A stretch of 32,000 nucleotides of DNA from the NCBI GenBank assembly GCA_016699955.1, contig CP064993.1:1020001-1052000 (forward strand), written 5' to 3'. Below the pieces are notes generated by a model. That model saw only the letters and a program-made list of their open reading frames with translations. It made no database searches and was not told the DNA's origin. Below, piece after piece: positions 9,537 through 16,199 of the stretch (position 1 is the first letter of the stretch; every line of letters starts with the position of its first letter). The translations under genes were made by a program, and so were the position numbers. Source of the stretch: Candidatus Saccharimonadota bacterium (lineage in GTDB: Bacteria; Patescibacteriota; Saccharimonadia; Saccharimonadales; UBA4665).

Positions 9537-9635
9537 AGTATCCCTTCAGACTTCTAGTATACACGCATATCGCACCGGCCAGCCGGCATGCCGGCGCAAT
9601 GGTCTACTCCACAAAGACAGCTTAGATGATTCAAG

Positions 9636-10622
9636 CTAACGCGCAGCAGGCAACGTATCGGCTGACAGTGCCTGCGTCAACTCGCGTTCTTCTAGGGCCA
9701 CTGCGTTGCGCTTCTCAACCGTGTCGTTGTACCGCACAATCAGGCTTCGGGTTTGTTCAAGCAAAAAGTTGTAGGTACGTACTTGTTGGTTGTACCCGTC
9801 GACCCGGGCATTATACCCGGGAACATCGTCCCGGCGCAGCGTGTCAAGCTCTCGCTGCGTCGACGCAAGTACGCTTTGCTGTCTTCGCAGCTCAATCTGG
9901 TTTGCGTTAACATCGCTTTTCAAACCGGCAAGCTCCGTGTCCAATGCTTTAATTTGTTCCTGACGCGCCGTAAATTCGGATTGGTATTTCTCAGCCAAGG
10001 CGACCACCGCTTTGCGGTTAGTGAAATACTGCTTATAGTAAGTTTCAAGTTCCTCAGGCAGATCTTTTATTTCAGTTGCGAAAATAGAATGCATTTCATT
10101 TGAAAGTTCAGTCGGCTCTGTTAAGCGGTACGCATCAACTGTGTTCCTGACGCGACCTTCGCTGCTGCTTGAGTCATATACAGCGCTAAGCAAACTGTCT
10201 ATACGTTTTCGCTCACCACTTGAAAGCCTGTCGTACGCGGCGTGCAGCATCTCATGAGCCGCAGTCACCTCTATAACCCCAGACAGCCGAGCGTCGGTCA
10301 CTTGGTACAAAACTATGCCGTTATCGCCGCCGCGATAGCATCCAAGTATAATCGTTTTTTCTCCCCCAATTGGGCAAGAAGTGGCAAAAGAAGTTCCACC
10401 AACTATTTTTGGTTTGTTGACGTAAAACAGGTGCTCTCCTGCAAAGCTCATATGCGCCTCGTCGGCAACAAGCGCAATTTCTTGTGACGGTGTATAGCCG
10501 CGTAATTTCCACCAGTCCAAGATTTGCTGCTGATAGATATATGCCAGCCAGAGTAAGCTCAGCCAAAATAGCAGGAAAAAAAGCGTCCCGTAACGATTCT
10601 TTTTGCCAACCTGTGATTGCAT
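9636..10622 (-). CDS. Hypothetical membrane-anchored protein with HExxH motif and C-terminal coiled coil (putative Zn-metallopeptidase-like)
   Basis: 328 aa. N-terminal TM GTLFFLLFWLSLLWLAYIY, AAHEMLHAAY followed by SNEMHSIFATE, then ~120 aa of heptad-like charged sequence. Confidence 0.6.
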   Translation of the reverse strand: MQSQVGKKNRYGTLFFLLFWLSLLWLAYIYQQQILDWWKLRGYTPSQEIALVADEAHMSFAGEHLFYVNKPKIVGGTSFATSCPIGGEKTIILGCYRGGDNGIVLYQVTDARLSGVIEVTAAHEMLHAAYDRLSSGERKRIDSLLSAVYDSSSSEGRVRNTVDAYRLTEPTELSNEMHSIFATEIKDLPEELETYYKQYFTNRKAVVALAEKYQSEFTARQEQIKALDTELAGLKSDVNANQIELRRQQSVLASTQRELDTLRRDDVPGYNARVDGYNQQVRTYNFLLEQTRSLIVRYNDTVEKRNAVALEERELTQALSADTLPAAR

Positions 10623-10628
10623 ACGCCT

Positions 10629-10634
10629 AGTATA
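10629..10634 (-). promoter_or_regulatory. Candidate -10 box TATACT, 6 nt upstream of ATG 10622 (leaderless architecture)
   Basis: Minus strand reads TATACT aggcgt ATG. No SD. Confidence 0.45.
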
Positions 10635-10677
10635 CCCGAAATCGGCATAAGCGCCGAGCTCTACAGGCTAGGACTGC

Positions 10678-11565
10678 TCATTCGCTTAGCGTCGAGTAGG
10701 TTAGCGAGTTGTCTCTTATACCAACGTGAACTATGTCGCCTTTACTATATTTATCGTCGAGTATTTCCAGTGCCATCTGGTCTTCTATGGTGTCTTGGAT
10801 GAGACGGCGGAGTGGGCGGACACCGTTTTTAGCATCATAGCCGTGCTCAAGCAAATACTGCTTAGCTCCGCTAGTAAGTTGTACGCTAACACCTTTCTTT
10901 TGAAGCCGTGTTTTGAGCTCACCGATTTGCAGGTCAATGATTTTGTATATGTCTTTCCTGCTAAGGCCACGAAACACAACTATCTTATCAAGACGATTGA
11001 GTAATTCTGGTCGCAGCTCTTTTTTAAGACTGCTTAGAACGTCTTCTTTGTTTTTTTCATGCAAGCCGTCTGGGTCATTTGAGCTATTAGTACGTTCGGA
11101 CTGAAATCCAAAACCTGATTCTTTCTGTAACTTATCTGCACCAATATTACTGGTCATAATAACAATGGTGTTTGTAAAATCAATCCGCCGACCTTTGCTG
11201 TCAGTAATATAGCCGTCCTCTAGCATTTGGAGAAGCATGTTAAATACGTCAGGGTGTGCTTTTTCAATTTCGTCAAACAATACAAGACTATACGGCTGGC
11301 GGCGAATTTTATCAGTGAGTTGACCACCGTCATCATATCCAACATAGCCAGCTGGTGCGCCGACAAGTCGCGACACATTGTGATGTTCTCCGAATTCGCT
11401 CATATCTATCTTGACGAGAGCGTTTTCATTTCCAAAAAATTCGCGGGCAAGAACACGTGCGAGCTCAGTTTTACCCACACCCGTAGGACCAAGAAAAATA
11501 AATGATCCTATCGGTCGGTTGGTTGCGCCAATTCCGCTACGATTCCGCCTGATAGCTTTGCTCAC
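10678..11565 (-). CDS. clpC: ATP-dependent Clp protease ATPase ClpC, C-terminal fragment (D2 AAA+ module), separated from the N-terminal fragment by a frameshift
   Basis: 295 aa. D2 Walker A GPTGVGKTELARVLA, Walker B LVLFDEIEKAH, sensor RPELLNRLD. The frame stays open upstream of the nominal GTG and reads [16 protein letters not shown], the conserved D1-D2 junction. Confidence 0.9.
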   Translation of the reverse strand: MSKAIRRNRSGIGATNRPIGSFIFLGPTGVGKTELARVLAREFFGNENALVKIDMSEFGEHHNVSRLVGAPAGYVGYDDGGQLTDKIRRQPYSLVLFDEIEKAHPDVFNMLLQMLEDGYITDSKGRRIDFTNTIVIMTSNIGADKLQKESGFGFQSERTNSSNDPDGLHEKNKEDVLSSLKKELRPELLNRLDKIVVFRGLSRKDIYKIIDLQIGELKTRLQKKGVSVQLTSGAKQYLLEHGYDAKNGVRPLRRLIQDTIEDQMALEILDDKYSKGDIVHVGIRDNSLTYSTLSE

Positions 11566-11570
11566 TACCT

Positions 11571-13160
11571 CTACTGCTTCTGCTTGACCAATAATGTGCC
11601 GAGAAATGTTTTTTCGAGCTGCATGAGATATTTTGCTTCACTTTTGATGACCTTTCGTACTGGCACACCAGTGATCCGCGAAACTACTTCGGCTACGTCA
11701 TCACTATTCATGATGAGCGCAGCGCCTGTTTTGGTGGTTTTATGCAGTTCTCCAAGCTCTTGCTGGATCTGTGAGGCACGAGTCTTACTGCGAGCCGCTC
11801 GCTCGTAATCCTCTTGGTCAACAGACTCGTCTATACGAGCATTCACGAGTTTGAGTTCTTTTTGAAGTTTGCGTACCTCTGGACTGGTTTTACCTTTTTC
11901 AACTCGAAGTGCTGCCGCTGTTTCGTCGAGTAAATCAATTGCCTTGTCTGGCATGAATCTGTCCTGAATATACCGTTTCGCAAAGTTTACAGTGTCTTCA
12001 ATAACTTCATCTGAAATAGTCACTCCGTGGAATTCTTCGTAGTGCTTGCGTAGACCTTTCAAAATTGCGATGGTTTCAGGCACCGTGGCTTCGGGCACCT
12101 GTATCGGTTGGAAGCGCCGCTCTAATGCAGCATCTTTTTCGACATGTTTGGTATATTCGGTCGTGGTGGTCGCTCCGATAACCTGTATCTTGCCGCGAGC
12201 AAGCGCTGGTTTCAAAATGTTTCCGGCATCCATAGAGCCTTCCGCTGCACCAGCCCCAATAATTAGATGGAGTTCATCAATAAACGCAACCGTGCGCTTA
12301 TCGGCTTCCAGCTCGGCCATGACCTTTTTGAGTCTTTCTTCGAACTCACCGCGGTATTTCGTCCCTGCCACCATGGCGGCCAAATCAAGCATTACGATAC
12401 GTTTATCTAACAGGCTGTCAGGTACATCTTCATTAACAATCCGTTGCGCCAAGCCTTCGACAATGGCGGTTTTACCGACACCGGGCTCACCAATAAGTAC
12501 CGGATTATTTTTTGTCCGACGGTTTAGTATCGTGATAACGCGTTTTATTTGTGCCTCTCGGCCGACCACCGGGTCAAGCTTACCGCCGCGCGCTTGCGCC
12601 GTGAGATCGGTGCCAAACTGATCCAACATGGTTTTGCCGCTGCGGCTCGTCTTGCGGTTGGCACGGCGCCCGCCTGCCTCCACAGACTCACGGTCGGCAT
12701 CGTCGAATTGTCGGTTTAGGAAGTTTTCGAGCTCTCGCACCACTGAATCTGTATTGATATTCATGTCACGAAGCAGCACGCTGGCTCGCGAGTTCTTTTG
12801 ACTTAGTAGGCTATAAAGAATATGCTCGGTTCCGCAGTAGTCTTGCCCGTAATCTTGCGCGATATCGTAGGCCATGCGAAGAGTAAGTTTTGCCGTTTCG
12901 CTGTAGCCCTTTGCGCCCATGTTTACGACGATGTTTTTGGGTGTCAACTTGAGCGCCACTTGCGCCTTGCTGAGCGTAACACCACTGTCTTCAAGGATTT
13001 TTCCGCCTAAGGAACCGTCTTGTGCTAGCAAACCAAGAAGCAAATGCTCCGTACCAATGTAGGCATCTCCCAGACCGCGAGCAATTGTGCCGGCGTGCGC
13101 CAGGCTTCTGCGAGCATTCTCGGTCAAATAATTTGAAAATTCTTGGTAATCTGGTTGCAT
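11571..13160 (-). CDS. clpC: ATP-dependent Clp protease ATPase ClpC, N-terminal fragment (Clp_N repeats, D1 AAA+ module, UVR-like middle domain)
   Basis: 529 aa. Clp_N repeats ([10 protein letters not shown] / [10 protein letters not shown]), D1 Walker [16 protein letters not shown], middle-domain [18 protein letters not shown]. The last 12 aa ([12 protein letters not shown]) are out of frame after the A6 run at 11609-11614. Confidence 0.9.
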   Translation of the reverse strand: MQPDYQEFSNYLTENARRSLAHAGTIARGLGDAYIGTEHLLLGLLAQDGSLGGKILEDSGVTLSKAQVALKLTPKNIVVNMGAKGYSETAKLTLRMAYDIAQDYGQDYCGTEHILYSLLSQKNSRASVLLRDMNINTDSVVRELENFLNRQFDDADRESVEAGGRRANRKTSRSGKTMLDQFGTDLTAQARGGKLDPVVGREAQIKRVITILNRRTKNNPVLIGEPGVGKTAIVEGLAQRIVNEDVPDSLLDKRIVMLDLAAMVAGTKYRGEFEERLKKVMAELEADKRTVAFIDELHLIIGAGAAEGSMDAGNILKPALARGKIQVIGATTTTEYTKHVEKDAALERRFQPIQVPEATVPETIAILKGLRKHYEEFHGVTISDEVIEDTVNFAKRYIQDRFMPDKAIDLLDETAAALRVEKGKTSPEVRKLQKELKLVNARIDESVDQEDYERAARSKTRASQIQQELGELHKTTKTGAALIMNSDDVAEVVSRITGVPVRKVIKSEAKYLMQLEKTFLGTLLVKQKQ

Positions 13161-13166
13161 TAGACT

Positions 13167-13196
13167 ATTTTATCAAAATTAGCACTCATGAGTCAA
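13167..13196 (-). promoter_or_regulatory. Candidate clpC promoter: -35 TTGACT, 18-nt spacer, -10 TAAAAT, 6 nt before the ATG
   Basis: Minus strand reads TTAGCACTC TTGACTCAT GAGTGCTAA ttttga TAAAAT agtcta ATG. The -35 lies in the CIRCE spacer and the downstream CIRCE arm lies in the promoter spacer. No SD. Confidence 0.5.
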
Positions 13197-13205
13197 GAGT
13201 GCTAA
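13179..13205. promoter_or_regulatory. CIRCE element (HrcA operator), perfect match to TTAGCACTC-N9-GAGTGCTAA
   Basis: ttagcactc atgagtcaa gagtgctaa. Both 9-nt arms are identical to the consensus. It starts 19 nt upstream of the clpC start codon. Confidence 0.85.
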
Positions 13206-13236
13206 ATTTCTTATCAGATACCTTTAGGGGTTGTAA

Positions 13237-13271
13237 GCTTTTACAACTGGGTTTAGTCCAGTTGTAAAAGC
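13237..13271. repeat. Perfect 14-bp inverted repeat with 7-nt loop (GCTTTTACAACTGG gtttagt CCAGTTGTAAAAGC) between nusA and clpC
   Basis: Read directly from the sequence. It lies 53 nt downstream of the nusA stop. No U-run follows on either strand, so it is not a canonical intrinsic terminator. Confidence 0.8.
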
Positions 13272-13323
13272 GGGGCGGGCGAGCTCCCTGTGGAACTCAG
13301 CGCTTACGCCAAGTTCGGGTTAT

Positions 13324-14478
13324 TTATTCCCCGTGTTCTTCGATGGCGTCGAGGAGGGAGCTTTCGAGCTGTTCTTTCTTCTTTAGGCGAGGCTGTTTTG
13401 GTAACTCTTTCACTTGAGCTTCACCCTCTAAAACGGTACCCTTCTCGGCCTCAATGTCGAGTTCATAGCCAACAAGTTTCGAGGCAAGACGCACGTTTTG
13501 ACCACCGCGGCCAATAGCAATACTAAGCTGGTCTTCTGGGACATACACTTTGGCTCGTTTGGCAGATTCGTCTATAACCACGCGGTTCACCTTGGTTGGG
13601 CTAAGAGCATTCATGATGTACTGCGCCGTATCTTCAGCAAAAACAATTATGTCAATCTTCTCCTGCTCGCCAACTTCACCTACCACCGCGTTTACGCGTG
13701 TACCATGTCCACCCACAAAGGTGCCCACAGGGTCGACGCCAGGAACAGTGCTTGCAACGGCAATCTTACTGCGTATGCCAGCCTCACGAGCAATATTTTT
13801 GATTTCGACAGCCCCAGCATCCATTTCTGGCACCTCAGCGCGGAAAAGCCACTCCATAAACTGTGTGTTACCACGAGAAACCACCAGCTGCGGGCCACGA
13901 GGGCCACGCTCAACATCTTTGAGGAAAACCTTTAGTCGCTGGCTAGGGTAATAGCGCTCACCCTGAATTTGCTCACTTTTCGGCATAATGCCCTGGGCTT
14001 TCCCAAGTTCAAGTCGAACAATCATCCCCTCAACGCGGCTCACCATAGCATTGATAACTGTGCCAATTTTATCTTCGTATTCAGCAAGTACAATCTCGCG
14101 CTCCGCTTCACGCAGGCGTTGCAAAATGACTTGCTTGGCTGTTTGGGCAGCTACGCGTCCAAAAGTAGTCACTTTTTCGTGTAACTCTACAGACTCACCG
14201 ATGGCAGCGTCTTTTTTGAGTTTTTTGGCATCCTCAAGGCTGATCTCAAAGTCATCGTCACCGACTTTCTCTACCACTTCTTTGCTTACATAGGCATCCA
14301 CCTCACCACTATGCAAGTTCATGCTCACACGAACTTCCTGCTCGCGTTCACCATAATCGCGCCGATATGCTGCGGCCAATGCTTGTTCAACAACTTCTGT
14401 TACGGTGTCTTCGGGCAAGTTTTTTTCTTCGGCAATTGCCTGTATGGCGACTGCTAATTGTTTGAAATCCATATCCAT
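13324..14478 (-). CDS. nusA: Transcription termination/antitermination factor NusA
   Basis: 384 aa. N-terminal domain MDFKQLAVAIQAIAEEKNLPEDTV, S1 domain, two KH domains (GRGGQNVRLASKL). SD AAAGGAG lies 9 nt upstream of the ATG. Confidence 0.95.
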   Translation of the reverse strand: MDMDFKQLAVAIQAIAEEKNLPEDTVTEVVEQALAAAYRRDYGEREQEVRVSMNLHSGEVDAYVSKEVVEKVGDDDFEISLEDAKKLKKDAAIGESVELHEKVTTFGRVAAQTAKQVILQRLREAEREIVLAEYEDKIGTVINAMVSRVEGMIVRLELGKAQGIMPKSEQIQGERYYPSQRLKVFLKDVERGPRGPQLVVSRGNTQFMEWLFRAEVPEMDAGAVEIKNIAREAGIRSKIAVASTVPGVDPVGTFVGGHGTRVNAVVGEVGEQEKIDIIVFAEDTAQYIMNALSPTKVNRVVIDESAKRAKVYVPEDQLSIAIGRGGQNVRLASKLVGYELDIEAEKGTVLEGEAQVKELPKQPRLKKKEQLESSLLDAIEEHGE

Positions 14479-14526
14479 TTTTGCTACTCCTTTAGTTTAT
14501 CCACTTTATCAGGGCGGTCAGTTACG

Positions 14527-14546
14527 AAAAAAGCCGACCTGCCGGC
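14527..14546 (-). terminator. Weak candidate intrinsic terminator after ORF A (GCCG-gcaggt-CGGC then T6 on the minus strand)
   Basis: The stem is only 4-5 bp but is followed by TTTTTT. It lies 37 nt downstream of the ORF A stop and upstream of the nusA SD. Confidence 0.3.
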
Positions 14547-14582
14547 CGACCTATTACAATTAGGTATTTTACTCTGCTCGGA

Positions 14583-15329
14583 TTATATTGTCAAGAATAT
14601 GGTCGTAAGCTCGTTTGTCGGCGCATAACGAACTATCGGGGTTTCCCGAGTATTACGCTCAAAAGATGCTGCACATCTTACTGGACCAGAAAAACCTTGC
14701 CGCAGAGTTTTTAAATACTCGGCTTCGCCGAACAATTGTGCAACAACCATACCCCCAAAATAGCCTAAGGGCATAGTTGCTAGTGCCGGCCACAAATCAA
14801 CGTGAAATGCTTCCAACATTTCACGATGATTCGGACCGAGGGGCGGCAGAGCTAGGACACTCGAATCGACCGCCCTTCTCCCGACCATTATCTGTTGTGG
14901 CGATTGCTCTTTGTCATGTTTAGAGTGAGTATCGTGCACAAATCTTCCGAGCGCCAAGCGTAAAGCCCTGTCAACCGTCACATCACGACACGGTATGAAA
15001 GCCAAACGATCTGGTAAGGCAAGAGCCCAGATATTCCCCGCAAAAACTGTGATATTCCTTTCCTTTGGGTCATATGATGACCCAGTGGTAATTCCGTATA
15101 GCGTGCCATTCTTATCAATCTCAGTCTTGACCTCGTCTGATAAACCCCCAAAATGGATTGACAGTGTGTTAATATCCTTAGCAAGTACTCCTGCGCGTCT
15201 AAGGGTATGCCACGCAACCGATCCGCTCACTTCTGTATCGAACATGTAGCCCGTGTTTTCCTCTGCGGTAATATGTGGGCCTCCATAGCACTCGGTAATA
15301 CTTACGGGCGATCCATCTATTATCATCAT
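14583..15329 (-). CDS. Hypothetical protein (ORF A), no recognisable domain
   Basis: 248-aa ORF, MMIIDGSPVSITECYGGPHITAEEN... No TM segment, signal peptide, P-loop or catalytic motif that I can identify. A near-consensus promoter lies just upstream. Confidence 0.6.
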   Translation of the reverse strand: MMIIDGSPVSITECYGGPHITAEENTGYMFDTEVSGSVAWHTLRRAGVLAKDINTLSIHFGGLSDEVKTEIDKNGTLYGITTGSSYDPKERNITVFAGNIWALALPDRLAFIPCRDVTVDRALRLALGRFVHDTHSKHDKEQSPQQIMVGRRAVDSSVLALPPLGPNHREMLEAFHVDLWPALATMPLGYFGGMVVAQLFGEAEYLKTLRQGFSGPVRCAASFERNTRETPIVRYAPTNELTTIFLTI

Positions 15330-15340
15330 AATTGAGACCT

Positions 15341-15368
15341 ATTGTAACACTTGTGTCAAATATTTCAA
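15341..15368 (-). promoter_or_regulatory. Candidate promoter of ORF A: TTGAAA-N16-TGtTACAAT
   Basis: Minus strand reads TTGAAA tatttgacacaagtgt TACAAT aggtctcaatt ATG, an extended -10 with a TG dinucleotide. Confidence 0.5.
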
Positions 15369-15381
15369 CATCATTTTGCGT

Positions 15382-15423
15382 TAGACTAGAGTGATTAGCA
15401 AGTCTGTTACCCTGTTATACAAA
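15382..15423 (+). repeat. Direct repeat copy 1: vestigial copy of the pepN -10 box, start and first 10 codons (ATG mutated to ATT)
   Basis: TAGACTagagtgATTAGCAAGTCTGTTACCCTGTTATACAAA aligns without gaps to 16158-16199 (38/42 identical; the last 32 nt are 31/32). Confidence 0.9.
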
Positions 15424-15438
15424 AAAGTACATTTTATT

Positions 15439-15467
15439 TTACAATAACACCGATTAAAAAATATATT
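15439..15467 (+). promoter_or_regulatory. Candidate promoter of ORF B: TTACAA-N17-TATATT in a very AT-rich stretch
   Basis: TTACAA taacaccgattaaaaaa TATATT, read directly. AT-rich DNA gives many -10-like hexamers, so confidence is modest. Confidence 0.4.
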
Positions 15468-15481
15468 ATATTTTGTTGTTG

Positions 15482-16132
15482 ATGTTTCTACTACTTTGCA
15501 GTATTGTTACGTTTATGGCCACTATTGAAACTGATGCTTTTGATGAGATTGCGAGATTGTCTCTGCCATCCGTGTTATTAACACGATTCGTATTTCAAGC
15601 TGGCTCATTCGATGGTTTTAGTGCCGTACCGCTTCTACCAGCGTCTCAAAGATCTGCTATCCTCAACGACGACGTTTATACTCCCACAGGGGTTTTTGAA
15701 ATGAGAGCAACGGAAACGAAGCCAAATCAGGTTGTTGTAGCTGTAAACTGCGCAACGTTAGGCGATAAACAAGCGTTTCTTGATGACATAAGAAATGCTA
15801 CTAAGCCGTATGTGCCTGTTGGAGAATTCAAAGTAGACTTTGGGGCTCTAGCTTTGGCCTGTTCCCGTCGTAGAATTCCACTAATCGGCTCAGTTACACA
15901 GCTTGAAAGCGACAAAAATAAATTTGGCATGTTACTAGTACCAAACAACTTTGCAACTGGTGCGGAAAGACCGCATTCACTTGAGATCGCCACACTGGCT
16001 AATGAATATATTGATTCCTTATTCGCTGAACGAATCGAGGGTGATGATGCTAAAGCAGATGTCGGCGCGCAAATCTTGACGGCATCGTTCTTGTATTGGG
16101 CTCTTGGCCAAACCGGCGCTACGGCGAACTAG
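15482..16132 (+). CDS. Hypothetical protein (ORF B), no recognisable domain; start uncertain (TTG 15473, ATG 15482 or ATG 15515)
   Basis: Open frame 15473-16132. From 15515 it reads MATIETDAFDEIARLSLPSVLLTRFVF... Acidic, with no motif I recognise. It lies entirely between the two direct-repeat copies. Confidence 0.55.
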   Translation: MFLLLCSIVTFMATIETDAFDEIARLSLPSVLLTRFVFQAGSFDGFSAVPLLPASQRSAILNDDVYTPTGVFEMRATETKPNQVVVAVNCATLGDKQAFLDDIRNATKPYVPVGEFKVDFGALALACSRRRIPLIGSVTQLESDKNKFGMLLVPNNFATGAERPHSLEIATLANEYIDSLFAERIEGDDAKADVGAQILTASFLYWALGQTGATAN

Positions 16133-16157
16133 CGACACTTATAGCTCTACATCATGC

Positions 16158-16199
16158 TAGAATAAACTGATGAGCAAGTCTGTTACCCTGTTATACAAA
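16158..16199 (+). repeat. Direct repeat copy 2: functional pepN -10 box (TAGAAT), 6-nt gap, ATG and first 10 codons
   Basis: TAGAATaaactgATGAGCAAGTCTGTTACCCTGTTATACAAA, exactly 776 bp downstream of copy 1. Confidence 0.9.

Noticed and set aside
11600-11620. Canonical programmed -1 ribosomal frameshift site in clpC
   Set aside because: In the zero frame the run reads GAA AAA ACA, which does not fit the X XXY YYZ tandem-slippage heptamer (the A-site ACA cannot re-pair on AAC). I see no obvious downstream stimulatory hairpin. A homopolymer indel is the simpler explanation, although P-site slippage is not excluded.
12046-12621. 191-aa ORF on the plus strand
   Set aside because: Entirely antisense to the well-supported clpC D1 module. 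The Ser/Ala/Arg-rich translation is typical of the reverse frame of a real gene, and it has no start context.
13498-13951. Two overlapping plus-strand ORFs (145 and 133 aa)
   Set aside because: Antisense to nusA, whose identity is unambiguous. They have no motifs or start signals.
15473-15481. TTG start for ORF B giving a hydrophobic signal-peptide-like N-terminus (MLLMFLLLCSIVTF)
   Set aside because: There is no positively charged n-region and no proper lipobox or cleavage site, and the TTG would sit at or before the predicted transcription start. ATG 15482 or 15515 is more plausible. The question remains unresolved.
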